Source: an uncultured bacterium
Lineage (GTDB): Bacteria; Omnitrophota; Omnitrophia; Omnitrophales; Aquincolibacteriaceae
Assembly (NCBI GenBank): GCA_964482725.1
Contig: CAYZYT010000001.1
Coordinates: 186,061 to 250,060 of the forward strand
Reading direction: 5' to 3'
DNA length: 64,000 nt
Part shown: piece by piece, positions 17,135-27,348 of the stretch
Numbering within the stretch: position 1 is the first letter of the stretch
How the letters are laid out: every line of letters begins with the position of its first letter
Program-made: the position numbers and the translations under genes
The notes under the pieces: model-generated
Database searches by the model: none
What the model was told of the DNA's origin: nothing
What the model saw: the letters and a program-made list of their open reading frames with translations, nothing else

Positions 17135-20100
17135 TCAGTCCTGGCTGATGATACGCTCGGCGCCCAACAGGCAGAACGCGGTGCCTGCCAAAGAACCACC
17201 ACAGGCATTTGTCAAAACGAGGGCTTCCTGGACCGGAGCCGGGATCACTTTCCGTTTGAAGGATTCGCTGCGAAAAGGCAAGCGCCCCTTAGGAGAGCTT
17301 TTCTTGCGGGATTTTGAAGAAGACCCAAGCGACGGATCACTTCCCTTGTTATTACTTGGCGACAGGATCGCGGCCTCAAGCATCCCCGCGGTATCTTCTT
17401 TCTCCGCTTTTGCGGATTGATTCCGCCTCTGAGCCGCCCAGAAATCAGCGGCGGCAAACTTAAGCGATGGCTTCACGCTAACCCTCGGGGCAGAAGACGG
17501 AAGCGATACGGTCTGAGGCACTATCCCGGCGGCAGAAACGGCCGACGGTAATATTTCTTGCGCCATGATCGCAGGCTCCAGAGGGATCTCAACCGACGAT
17601 GCTATGAGAGGCGCAGCCTTTAACGCCACCGCCGCAAGAGGTGAAGGAACGCCTGCAGGCGCCACGATAATCCGTCTGATCTTAGCGGACGGGAAACCTT
17701 GGGCTTCCGGAAAGCTGACGACCATTTCTGAAATGTTCCAGTAAAGCGCGTCCGCCGGAATTGTAAAAATAAATTCCTTCGGAACGCCTCCCGTAGCCGG
17801 AAGAACGAATGGCTCCGAATAAACCGCCATGTTGTTGCTCCAGGAATGCTTCAGCTCGAACTTCGCACCCGTGATCGGCGTATCCGACTGGTAGGTGATC
17901 CGGATCTGGCGGTCCGACGCCCTGACGCTTTCGCTTAGTTTCCATGAAGTCGCTTTATACGCATCCCAATTAAAATTAGAAGCAGGCTTCTGCCCGATCA
18001 CAGACACGGGCGTTTGGGAATTCCAGATCGATTCGAGCTTCGCCGCTAACCCTTTATTCTCAAGATACCGGGTCATGTAATCCGGCCCCGTCCCAGTCAT
18101 CCCCAAGATGAACGTCGCGTTGTTATTGAAGACCTGGTCGGTGACCACCAAATTATTGTTCATGTTCTTGCCTTCCCAGAGGCCATGATCCGAAACCAGA
18201 TCTCGGTGGTTCGCGATAAGCTCCTGCAGAAGAGCTTCCACCTCCGCGGGACGGAACATATGCGCCGCACCCAAGTTGTAAACGGACGGCGTGGTTTCAA
18301 CGGAGAAAGACTGATCAAAGGCGATCTCCTTGATGCCCAGCGGGAAGTTGTAAACGATCTCGTAGCTACCATCCATGACATGAAAATTACGGATGGTCAT
18401 GTCCAAGGGTCCGCCGGCTTCACTGCCCGTTGCAAAAACAATTTCATCCAGATCGTTCAGAAAAGACTCCGCCGGGAGATTGATCGGCGCCGTACGCAAC
18501 GCCCCACCCGTATTCTCCAACGTTAAATTTATCGTGAGAACCGTTACGAGATCATTTCCGTATTTTTTCTTGAAATCGATCTTTGCCCCAAGAATCGGGG
18601 TGTGTGAAGAATAGTTCAATAGCAGGGTAAGGCCCGAAACGTCCATGCCCGATTCGACGAATGCCACGCCGATCCCTCGATTGTCCGTACTCGTGACATG
18701 CAACCGGGTCGCAGATTCCCGCTCCACAGTCATATCCCCGGCCCAATTGAACGTCACGACCGGACCTTGCAAAAGATCATGCGCCTGCACATCAAAACTT
18801 GCCGAAAGAAAACCCGGCTGTTCGTTCCGGTCCGCAAAATCGAGCTGAACATCCGTGTAGGTCTCGAGCATCTTTTTGAGATCCGGGTTCGTGAACTCCG
18901 GCATCAGAAGTGCGGGCCAATACATCTGGAAAGCCCCGCTGAACGGCGCCACGACTTGTCTCGTGGTGAGATCCTGCATGGTGTAGGAATGCGTCGAAAA
19001 ATTCAGTTTGGCGTAGGCGCTTGCCGGGAAGGTGTTGCCATACTGCAAGATAAGGAACAGAAGCGGCGCACTGCTTTCCGCTCCGAAATAATCGATCGTC
19101 CCTGACAAACTATGGTCCTGAATCTTCATGGTCCTGGAAAACGTATTCGTCGCGCCGTTATACATGGCCAGATAGCCGGCTCTTTGGTTTTCGATAAAGG
19201 TATTGATCTTGCCAAGGATGCCGCCGGCCCCGTGAATGGTCGTGTTGGTCGACAGAGACTCATCAAGCAGCGCGCCGTAGGCTACGGCCAGCGCATTGGT
19301 AAAATTCGTGTTGTCCTCAAAACTTACTTGCTGGCCGTAATCGCCACTCATCCGGATCCAATCGGATCCTGTATATTCAAACCATGGGAAAAGCCCCATA
19401 AAAGCAAGACTTTGATCCGCCTGGTCCACGAGAAGATGATCCATCATCGTATTCAAACGACTGATCGCTTCCGTTTTCGAGATCTTGGACGTGACAAGAT
19501 CCCCCGCCGCGATGGTCGCAAGCAAATACGCATAAAATCCGAAATTGGAAGGCTGGGTCTTTGCCTTCTGGAGCCATCCTTCCACGGGGTATTCGTGCGT
19601 CGTTTCGATCATGCCGAATGCGGGATCGAAATAAAGCAAGTTGATCTGCGTCAAAAGATCGGCGGCCGTCGTCATTTCCTGGGCTACGATCCGGTAATAA
19701 ACCGTGTTGCCGCGGTCGGCCATAGGATCCGGACAACTGATCTCGCCATATTGGTCGGCGACAAAAGAAAGCCCCTCCGGCTGCCAATCATTCGACATGA
19801 GACTCGTCCTGAACTGGACCTGATAACGCACGCCCTTCATCGCCCGGTCGAATTTGATCGTCCAGCTATTGGAAGAATTCGCGAATTGGGTGATCACGGG
19901 ACGCACGATCTCGATCGACGGCAGCGGATCTGTCGATCCGGCGGGCTCGATCGCCACGCGCTCAAGCGCTCCGTCTGCAGCATTAAAATAGCTCGTGATG
20001 TTCTTCGCGTTGGTCTTTGCGATAAGAACCCCGGAGGCATCGTATTCATAACGCATCAGCCGCTGAGTCCGGGCGACATCCGAGAATGCATCCTTGTATT

Positions 20101-22015
20101 GAACAACGCTTGTCCCGGGATGGTAGAAATAAGAGAACGCTATCTCACCCTCGGCGTTCGCGGTCTGCCGCTTCGCCCAGTCGCAAAGATTGGCAGCCGT
20201 ATCTTCGTAATGGTAATAAAAGTTCCCATCCGTATCCGCATTCAGAAGCGTTTTAGACTCGAGCCTTCCTGAGGCGTGGTAGGCATAGTTCGTCGTGTTC
20301 ACAAGAACGCCAGCGGCATTGTACTCGGACATTACAAGCAACACATCCGTCGCAGAGTAACTCTTGATGAACCTGGCCTGGTGGGTGTTCGGGAAATAGG
20401 ATTCAAAAATCTGATATGTCCCATCTTGATAGAAATTCTCCGTGAAGCCTTCGCTGTAGACAAAACGCCAGCCGGTCAGCTCTCCGTTCGAACGGATCTC
20501 TTCCACGGTGTAAGTCGCGCCCGACCGTTCATGAACGGAAAAAGCGCGATCCAGCGCAGAGATCAGCACCTCGGGCAGAAAAGCACCGCGGCCAAAAGCG
20601 GGTGAGGTTTCAGGCACTGAATAATCCTCGTTAGCGGCATCGACGAACTGAGGATCAGCAAGAACGTTCCCGCCGGTCCAGCCTTCCCCTGTTTTGGGGC
20701 TGATCGCCGGAGGAAGGTGCTGACCCGTAGCATCTCCTTTTTCCGTGTTATGAAAGAGGACATTCCCTTCCACCGCGAGTGCAGGCGTGGCGGTTTCTTC
20801 CCAGATCGACTGGACGATCTGGTGGGCCAAGATGTTGTTCCGCACCGCCGGGGCTTGCCCATTGAGGATCTGAATGCCGATCTTACTGGAAAAGCTTTCC
20901 GCAATTCTGACCCGGTACCACCTCCCGCTCACGTCAAAAGGCCCCGGGCTTGTCGCGGAGCCGTCATCCATCCAGAAGGTACTCGCCTCGGATCGATCCG
21001 CTAAAACAAGGAGATCTCCTAAAGGATCCTGAACCCGGGCACGGACCCAAGTCTTTCCACAATCATTGGAATATTCGATGTAGTAAGCATAGGCTCCCTG
21101 AGGATCCCGGATCTCGAGTTGGATCCCCTGCCCCGCCCTATAACGGAGCCCTGTGAGCTGGATGCTTTGCTCTGCCTCATAGCCTGTGATCGTGTTGTAG
21201 GCGATCGTATTTCCGGTTTTAGGTTCTTTGATGGCGATCGGATTCCCGCGGAAAAGATTTGCTTCGATCAGGATATCCGAGCCATTTCCGGAGACATAAA
21301 TCCCGGCACTTAAATTGAACAGGATCTTATTCTTGCGGACATGAACCTGGTCGCCTTCGATCTTGATCCCCGCCGCGGGGGTCTGCCCCAGCTCGTCGCG
21401 AGCGCCCGTCACGGTCAGATTTTCAATTGTGTTTTTCCCAAGCGCCCGGATCACGGAGGCGCCGGGCACATAATCGCCGTGAATGATCGTGGTCTCTGAA
21501 TTTTCTCCCCGGAGGTTCACCCCCTCCTTGAGCGTGATGCTTTCATGATAAGTTCCGGCATGAACATAAATAATATCTCCTGCCTCGGCCTGCTCGATGG
21601 CATCCTGGATCTTATCTCCTGGATGGACCTCAAGGGCTCCCTCAGGGATCGGATCGCCTTGGGCTTGAAGGTTCGGGGAGCCTAACGACAGAGGATTGGA
21701 GTTCTGGACCGCAACACCGGAGGGAATTTCATTCTGAGGAGCGGGTACGGTCTGTGCATTGGCCTGCTCCAGGGTAAGCGTCGGCACGGGTCGCTGAGCA
21801 TCGTTAAGGGTCAACTCGTTTGTGGCGGCAAGGCCGACGGGCACAGGGATGCTGCTGAAGATAAAAAAAACGGCTGTCCCCATACTTATCAATTTCAATT
21901 TATTGAAATGGGGGCGGCCCAAACTACATTTTTTGGAACAGAAATTAAAAGTTTGGGCGGTTAAAAGCGAAGTCATTTTACAGAAAAATCTTTTCAGCGA
22001 AGAAGGGGATCCCAT
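17135..22015 (-). CDS. Large modular secreted protein: beta-helix + YD-like repeats + glycoamylase-like (alpha/alpha)6 domain + duplicated CBM-like module
   Basis: IQDAIEQAEAGDIIYVHAGTYHE (beta-helix start) and ADPQFVD. TQPSNFGFY, VSFEDNTN and SGAFQMYWPALLMPE resemble glycoamylase-family motifs. Start uncertain. Confidence 0.75.
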   Translation of the reverse strand: MGSPSSLKRFFCKMTSLLTAQTFNFCSKKCSLGRPHFNKLKLISMGTAVFFIFSSIPVPVGLAATNELTLNDAQRPVPTLTLEQANAQTVPAPQNEIPSGVAVQNSNPLSLGSPNLQAQGDPIPEGALEVHPGDKIQDAIEQAEAGDIIYVHAGTYHESITLKEGVNLRGENSETTIIHGDYVPGASVIRALGKNTIENLTVTGARDELGQTPAAGIKIEGDQVHVRKNKILFNLSAGIYVSGNGSDILIEANLFRGNPIAIKEPKTGNTIAYNTITGYEAEQSIQLTGLRYRAGQGIQLEIRDPQGAYAYYIEYSNDCGKTWVRARVQDPLGDLLVLADRSEASTFWMDDGSATSPGPFDVSGRWYRVRIAESFSSKIGIQILNGQAPAVRNNILAHQIVQSIWEETATPALAVEGNVLFHNTEKGDATGQHLPPAISPKTGEGWTGGNVLADPQFVDAANEDYSVPETSPAFGRGAFLPEVLISALDRAFSVHERSGATYTVEEIRSNGELTGWRFVYSEGFTENFYQDGTYQIFESYFPNTHQARFIKSYSATDVLLVMSEYNAAGVLVNTTNYAYHASGRLESKTLLNADTDGNFYYHYEDTAANLCDWAKRQTANAEGEIAFSYFYHPGTSVVQYKDAFSDVARTQRLMRYEYDASGVLIAKTNAKNITSYFNAADGALERVAIEPAGSTDPLPSIEIVRPVITQFANSSNSWTIKFDRAMKGVRYQVQFRTSLMSNDWQPEGLSFVADQYGEISCPDPMADRGNTVYYRIVAQEMTTAADLLTQINLLYFDPAFGMIETTHEYPVEGWLQKAKTQPSNFGFYAYLLATIAAGDLVTSKISKTEAISRLNTMMDHLLVDQADQSLAFMGLFPWFEYTGSDWIRMSGDYGQQVSFEDNTNFTNALAVAYGALLDESLSTNTTIHGAGGILGKINTFIENQRAGYLAMYNGATNTFSRTMKIQDHSLSGTIDYFGAESSAPLLFLILQYGNTFPASAYAKLNFSTHSYTMQDLTTRQVVAPFSGAFQMYWPALLMPEFTNPDLKKMLETYTDVQLDFADRNEQPGFLSASFDVQAHDLLQGPVVTFNWAGDMTVERESATRLHVTSTDNRGIGVAFVESGMDVSGLTLLLNYSSHTPILGAKIDFKKKYGNDLVTVLTINLTLENTGGALRTAPINLPAESFLNDLDEIVFATGSEAGGPLDMTIRNFHVMDGSYEIVYNFPLGIKEIAFDQSFSVETTPSVYNLGAAHMFRPAEVEALLQELIANHRDLVSDHGLWEGKNMNNNLVVTDQVFNNNATFILGMTGTGPDYMTRYLENKGLAAKLESIWNSQTPVSVIGQKPASNFNWDAYKATSWKLSESVRASDRQIRITYQSDTPITGAKFELKHSWSNNMAVYSEPFVLPATGGVPKEFIFTIPADALYWNISEMVVSFPEAQGFPSAKIRRIIVAPAGVPSPLAAVALKAAPLIASSVEIPLEPAIMAQEILPSAVSAAGIVPQTVSLPSSAPRVSVKPSLKFAAADFWAAQRRNQSAKAEKEDTAGMLEAAILSPSNNKGSDPSLGSSSKSRKKSSPKGRLPFRSESFKRKVIPAPVQEALVLTNACGGSLAGTAFCLLGAERIISQD

Positions 22016-22219
22016 GGAGTCTTTTTGTCACCTTTTCTCATCAGGAATATAGTTGCCGAAGGCTAACACACCGTCTGAAAAATGGCAAATAGCCCTCCCA
22101 GGAATCTTGGAAGGCAAGTCGCTCATTGTTTGAGATGATCCGTATCGCTATGAATTGCTAGAAGTGAATTCCTGGGACCTCAGGACAAAAATCGTTCTTT
22201 TGTATGGAGCGAAAGGAGA

Positions 22220-23983
22220 TCAGAGATTGAACTGCAGGTCGTAGAGTTTCTTGTACATCCCGCCCATGCGAAGGAGGAACTCGTTCGTTCCCTGCTGGAC
22301 GATACGTCCCTTGTCCATCACAAGAATGCGGTCAGCCTTCTGAATGGTGGAAAGACGATGGGCAATCACAAAAACCGTGCGGGCCTTCATGAGATTCTCC
22401 AAAGCGCCCTGCACTTCCTTTTCACTTTGCGTGTCAAGATGCGAGGTCGCTTCATCAAGGATCAGGATCGGAGGATCCTTAAGGAGTGCCCGGGCGATCG
22501 CGATCCGCTGGCGTTCGCCCCCTGAAAGCTTGAGTCCCCGGTCGCCGAGCGGCGTGTCATAACCTTGCGGCAGGGCTTCGATAAAATGATCGGCATACGC
22601 GATCTCCGCCGCGCGTTTAACATCTTCCAGACTCGCGTCCGGACGCCCGTATGCGATATTCTCCCGGATCGTACAATTGAACAAAACGGTCTCCTGCGAC
22701 ACGATCCCGATCTGCCTGCGCAAAGAATGGAGCGTCAGGTCCCGGACATCTCGACCATTGATCTTGATGACGCCCTCCACGGGATCATAGAAACGGAGAA
22801 GAAGGCTTACGAGCGTGCTCTTTCCGGAACCACTCGCCCCCACGAACGCGATCACTTCATTGTGCTTGGCCTTGATCTCAATATCCTTGAGCACCCACTT
22901 ATCGAATTCATAATAAAAACCGACGTGCTCATAGCTAATCTCGCGGATCGGCTCCGAAAAAATAATGGCATCGGACTTGTCATGGATCGTCGACTTGGCG
23001 TCCAGTATTTCAAAAATGCGCTGGCCCGAAGCGATCGATTGCTGGATGGTGCTGTTCACCCGGCTTATTTTTTTGAGAGGCTCGTAACAAACATAGAGCG
23101 CAATGAAAAAAGCGGCGAACCGTTCCGGCGACAGGTATTTCATCCCATACCACACCGCAAACGCGGCCCCAATCGCCCCGATCACTTCGATCAGAGGACG
23201 CTGGATGATCGTGATCTTGATGGTCCTTCGGAAAAATTCAAAAACGCTATTATTGATCTCCTCAAAACGGCGGATCTCCCCTTCTTCGCGGCCGAAGGCC
23301 TTCACGATATGGGCTCCGGCCAGGGTCTCGCCAATAAAGGAGGTGATGTCCCCGGTGCGCTCCTGCATCTTCTTCGTCAATTTGCGGAGCTGTTTTCCCA
23401 AAAGCACGATGGGGATCGCCACGACCGGGAAGATCACGATCGCGATAAGTGCGTACTTCCCGCCCCACATAAAAATAAAGGGGATGTTAAAAAGAAGGAC
23501 GAGCGGCTGCTTGATAAGATCGGTGATCACATCCGTGATCGCGCCCTGGATCTGACCGACGTCGTTAGTGATGCGGGAAAGAAAATCCCCGGTGCGACCT
23601 TTCGAGTAGAAATCATGCGAAAGATAAACCAGATGACGGTAGAGATCGTCCCGGACCTTGCGGACCGCAAGGATCCCCACATTGGCCATGTGATAGTTCG
23701 ACACGTAGTCAAAAAAACCGCGCAAAACGAAGACGCCGACCAAAATGATGGGGATCCAAATCATGGGCAACGCTACGGAGGTGATCTTGGGGAAATACTT
23801 CGAAAGAATGGGAATGTTATCAACAACGACCTGGTTCTTCTGAAAGAACCCTTTCGTGATCACATAGAGCGCGACCGAAACTAGCGAATTCGACAATGAA
23901 TATGCGAGCATGCAAAAAAAAGCGATGGCCATACGCCAGCGGTACGGCTTCACATAACCCAGCAGTCTTTTATAGATGTCCAT
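22220..23983 (-). CDS. msbA: Lipid A flippase-type ABC transporter
   Basis: Membrane domain plus GASGSGKST, LSGGERQR and ILDEATS; divergent from lpxB. Confidence 0.85.
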   Translation of the reverse strand: MDIYKRLLGYVKPYRWRMAIAFFCMLAYSLSNSLVSVALYVITKGFFQKNQVVVDNIPILSKYFPKITSVALPMIWIPIILVGVFVLRGFFDYVSNYHMANVGILAVRKVRDDLYRHLVYLSHDFYSKGRTGDFLSRITNDVGQIQGAITDVITDLIKQPLVLLFNIPFIFMWGGKYALIAIVIFPVVAIPIVLLGKQLRKLTKKMQERTGDITSFIGETLAGAHIVKAFGREEGEIRRFEEINNSVFEFFRRTIKITIIQRPLIEVIGAIGAAFAVWYGMKYLSPERFAAFFIALYVCYEPLKKISRVNSTIQQSIASGQRIFEILDAKSTIHDKSDAIIFSEPIREISYEHVGFYYEFDKWVLKDIEIKAKHNEVIAFVGASGSGKSTLVSLLLRFYDPVEGVIKINGRDVRDLTLHSLRRQIGIVSQETVLFNCTIRENIAYGRPDASLEDVKRAAEIAYADHFIEALPQGYDTPLGDRGLKLSGGERQRIAIARALLKDPPILILDEATSHLDTQSEKEVQGALENLMKARTVFVIAHRLSTIQKADRILVMDKGRIVQQGTNEFLLRMGGMYKKLYDLQFNL

Positions 23984-24000
23984 ACAAATACCCGTTCCCC

Positions 24001-24071
24001 GGATGGTGGATGGTGGATAATGCCCCTCAAAACAAAAAAACCGATCCGCCATCCGCCCTCCGCCATCCGAC
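24001..24071. repeat. Heptamer inverted-arm element upstream of msbA
   Basis: ggatggt ggatggt ggataat ... atccgcc atccgcc ctccgcc atccgac. Confidence 0.8.
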
Positions 24072-24189
24072 TCCCGGATCAGTTCGACCGTAACTGTAAC
24101 ATATCCGTTGACACTGCTCAAGGTTATGATTTAAGCTTCTTCGCAATTGCTCTTCTCCAAGATAACTCCTCTCATATGAAGGATTTAGG

Positions 24190-25131
24190 ATGACAAACTC
24201 TCTCAAAGTCGGCGTGGTCGGCGTAGGACATCTCGGCAAGGAACATGCGCGGATCTATCGCGACCTCCCTGAAGCGGAACTGGTCGGGATCTCAGACCTG
24301 GATCCCGCCAAAGAGGACAAAGCCAAGGAGCTCGGAACTACCTATTACAGAGATTTCCGGGATCTTATCGGAAAAGTCGATGCCGTGAGCATCGCGACGC
24401 CCACCTCCACCCATTACGCGGTCGCCAAGGAATTCCTGAAAGCCGGCATCCATACCCTCATTGAAAAACCGATCACCTTGAAGCTGACCGAAGCGGACGA
24501 GCTTCTCGAGCTTGCCCGTCAAAAAAATCTGTCCCTCCAGGTCGGGCATATCGAACGACACAATCCCGGATTCAAACGCGTCCGGGAGATCGCAAAAAAT
24601 ATCCGTTTCCTTGAGATCCACCGCCTCGGACCTTTTACGGGACGCATCAACGACTGTGGCGTCGTCCTTGATCTCATGATCCATGACCTGGATATTGTGA
24701 TGGGGCTCGTCGATTCCCCCGTTGCAGGCTTCGACGCCCTCGGCGTCAATGTCCTTACACCCTTCGAGGACATCGCGAACGTGCGCCTCAAGTTCAAGAA
24801 CGGCGCGGTCGCCAACATCACCGCCTCACGTCTGACATTCGAAAAGCAGCGAAAAATCCGCATTTTCCAGGAAGATGCTTACATTTCGCTCGATTATGGC
24901 GCTCAGACCGGCAAGATCATTCGTAAGTTCGGGAACGAAGTTATTCAGGAGGAGGTGTCGATCGAAAAAGCCGAACCTCTCAAAGAAGAGCTGAAGTCCT
25001 TCCTGAAGGGGATCAGCACGGGTCAGAGCATCGGAAAACCCGATACGGCAGCCCGCGACGCCCTTGCGATCGCGCTCGAGATCGCCCGCAAGATCCAGGC
25101 CGAGCATCCCAAACCAAGCGCGAAGGTCTGA
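24190..25131 (+). CDS. Gfo/Idh/MocA oxidoreductase (GnnA-like)
   Basis: GVGHLG, EKP, VGHIER and DLMIHDLD motifs; directly upstream of lpxB. Confidence 0.85.
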   Translation: MTNSLKVGVVGVGHLGKEHARIYRDLPEAELVGISDLDPAKEDKAKELGTTYYRDFRDLIGKVDAVSIATPTSTHYAVAKEFLKAGIHTLIEKPITLKLTEADELLELARQKNLSLQVGHIERHNPGFKRVREIAKNIRFLEIHRLGPFTGRINDCGVVLDLMIHDLDIVMGLVDSPVAGFDALGVNVLTPFEDIANVRLKFKNGAVANITASRLTFEKQRKIRIFQEDAYISLDYGAQTGKIIRKFGNEVIQEEVSIEKAEPLKEELKSFLKGISTGQSIGKPDTAARDALAIALEIARKIQAEHPKPSAKV

Positions 25132-25141
25132 TTTTCCATTT

Positions 25142-25218
25142 GTCATCCCCGAAGGCTTCTATCGGGGATCCAGGATGAAACCCGCTCTGGATTCCCGCTT
25201 AAAACATGCGGGAATGAC
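25142..25218. repeat. GTCAT REP-like element, copy 3
   Basis: gtcatccccgaaggcttctatcggggatcc...ggattcccgcttaaaacatgcgggaatgac. Confidence 0.8.
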
Positions 25219-25243
25219 AGCACAAATAGGACGAATCACTGAA

Positions 25244-26383
25244 ATGTCTAAAAAAATCTTCCTCGTTGCCTGCGAAGCCTCGGGCGATCTTCACGGCGCT
25301 CATCTTATTTCTGAGATCCAAAAGCTTGCTCCGGATACATTTTTTTGCGGCGTCGGCGGTGCCAAGATGCAGGCGATGGGCATGCAGATCTTTAGCGACA
25401 TGACAAAGATCTCGGCGCTAGGCCTAGGCGACGTGCTCCGGAATTATTTCAAATATCTCAAGATCTTCAACGAAACTCTCAAAAACATCCGGAACGAAAA
25501 ACCGGACGCCGTGATCCTGATCGATTCTCCGGCTTTCAATCTCCGGCTCGCCAAAAAACTCCCCGCAGCCGCGCCTCTTCTCTATTATATCTCCCCGCAG
25601 CTTTGGGCCTGGGGAAAGCGACGGATCCATATCGTCAAGAAGCACATCCGTGAAATGCTCGTGATCCTTCCGTTCGAAAAAGATTTCTACGAAAAAGAAG
25701 GCGTGGCCGTGAAGTTCGTGGGGCATCCCTTACTTGACGCGATTCCCGAGCTTCCGGCGCCGGCGGTCCTCCGGGCGAAGATCGGCATCGCTCCGGATCA
25801 AAAAGCGATCGGCCTTTTTTCGGGTTCAAGGGAAAAAGAGGTGAAGCGCATCCTGCCGGTCATGCTCCGCGCGGCGGCTCATCTCCTGCAGGATTTTCCG
25901 GAAGCGGTCTTTTTTATTTCAAAATCCTCGAACGTGCGCCCCGAAGTCTATGAGGAACTGCTTCAGGCATCGCCTGTCAAAGTGGAATGTCCGTCCGCGC
26001 CGTTCTATGAACTTGTGAAGGCTATGGATTTTGCCTACGTTGCTTCCGGGACCGCGACGCTTGAGACCGCGCTCATCGGAACGCCGTTCTTTCTTCTTTA
26101 TAAGGCCAGCTGGTCCACCTATTTCCTGGGAAAGCACCTGATCAAAGTCCCCTACCTCGGGCTGGTGAACCTCCTTGCCGATACCCGCGTGATCCCGGAA
26201 TTCATCCAGCAAGACGCCCATCCCGAGACACTCGCCCACGAGGCCAGAGTCTTCCTCCGGAGCCCGGAACTTCAGGAGAAAATGAAAGCGGAATTCCGCG
26301 AAGTCAGAGAGAAACTCGGAGAAAAAGGCGCCAGTGCCCGCGCCGCGAAAGAAGTCTGCGATTTCTTGGCCCAAAGACCGTAA
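25244..26383 (+). CDS. lpxB: Lipid-A-disaccharide synthase
   Basis: EASGDLHG, IDSPAFN, SPQLWAW, FVGHPL and SGTATLE motifs. Confidence 0.97.
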   Translation: MSKKIFLVACEASGDLHGAHLISEIQKLAPDTFFCGVGGAKMQAMGMQIFSDMTKISALGLGDVLRNYFKYLKIFNETLKNIRNEKPDAVILIDSPAFNLRLAKKLPAAAPLLYYISPQLWAWGKRRIHIVKKHIREMLVILPFEKDFYEKEGVAVKFVGHPLLDAIPELPAPAVLRAKIGIAPDQKAIGLFSGSREKEVKRILPVMLRAAAHLLQDFPEAVFFISKSSNVRPEVYEELLQASPVKVECPSAPFYELVKAMDFAYVASGTATLETALIGTPFFLLYKASWSTYFLGKHLIKVPYLGLVNLLADTRVIPEFIQQDAHPETLAHEARVFLRSPELQEKMKAEFREVREKLGEKGASARAAKEVCDFLAQRP

Positions 26384-26414
26384 ACTATAAACCGGACGCC
26401 GTCCCGTTTTCGTT

Positions 26415-26798
26415 TTACGTTTTACTTTTTTCAGAAGAGGGCAAGTGCTGCCAGGCAAATTCTGGCTGAAGGACAGGTTTGTAGTTCGCAGGATAAGGGA
26501 TCGCGAAGGTCACCATCTCGTAGACCCCCACCAAAGCGCGTCCCACCGCATAGATCGAACCGCGGCCTAACCCTGCCACCCAGCTGGGCGGCATCGTGTC
26601 CTTGCGAACTTCTTTGGAAAGCTCGTTGGAGATCTCGATGGGAGAAAGCGCGACATTGAGGAAACCACGCTGTGCCTTGCGCATCATGGTTCCTTCTCCC
26701 TGGATCTCCGCCTCCGGGGCCACTTCCGCGGCGATCAAAGGACAGGCAAAGGCGAGAAGGATAAAAAGCGCCACAAAAGCTCTAAAGGATTTTTGCAT
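26415..26798 (-). CDS. Exported protein resembling the exosortase-system-associated TIGR04073 family
   Basis: Signal peptide and the pattern RKxxRGxxN...E...G...R...GxYExxTFxxP (family recalled, not searched). Confidence 0.65.
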   Translation of the reverse strand: MQKSFRAFVALFILLAFACPLIAAEVAPEAEIQGEGTMMRKAQRGFLNVALSPIEISNELSKEVRKDTMPPSWVAGLGRGSIYAVGRALVGVYEMVTFAIPYPANYKPVLQPEFAWQHLPSSEKSKT

Positions 26799-26849
26799 GG
26801 CCAGTAATTTAGCATCGAACTTTAATAAAAACCAGTCAAATCCATGCTG

Positions 26850-27335
26850 TCATGTTATCTGCTTTGGGGCAGGCCCCAGAGGAACTACGCTGACCCGGAT
26901 GAGTCCATGTTTTGTATCCGCGATCTCACGAAAAGAGGTTTGAGTAAGGTCGACCAGGCGTTTGAGCCTCTTGGCCGGGCCCCGGTCGTTCACCACGCAA
27001 ACAACAGAACGGCCGTTCTTCAAATTGGTGACCCGCACTCGGGTCCCAAGGGGGAAAAGCCAAGAAGCGCAGGTCTTCTTGGAATGATTAAAGATCGCGC
27101 CACTGGCTGTTCGCTTTTTGATACCGCGATCGGAGCGGCTATACCAGGAGGCGGTTCCAAAAAACACGGGTTCGGAGATCGTCGCGGGGAATCTTCCCAT
27201 CGAAACGGAAATACCCGGAAAAACGGACTCCGGGGACACCACGAGATCTTGTGAGAATGACACCGGCTGCGCGTACAGGAATGGGACGACGACAAGCATC
27301 AGAACCACGAAGGATCTTTTTAAACCCAGTTTCAC
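26850..27335 (-). CDS. rlpA: RlpA-family lytic transglycosylase (DPBB domain)
   Basis: GTASWY, RTASG, VRVTNLKNG, VNDRGP and DLT motifs; GTG start after GAAGGGG. Confidence 0.88.
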   Translation of the reverse strand: MKLGLKRSFVVLMLVVVPFLYAQPVSFSQDLVVSPESVFPGISVSMGRFPATISEPVFFGTASWYSRSDRGIKKRTASGAIFNHSKKTCASWLFPLGTRVRVTNLKNGRSVVCVVNDRGPAKRLKRLVDLTQTSFREIADTKHGLIRVSVVPLGPAPKQIT

Positions 27336-27348
27336 GAGAGGACCCCTT

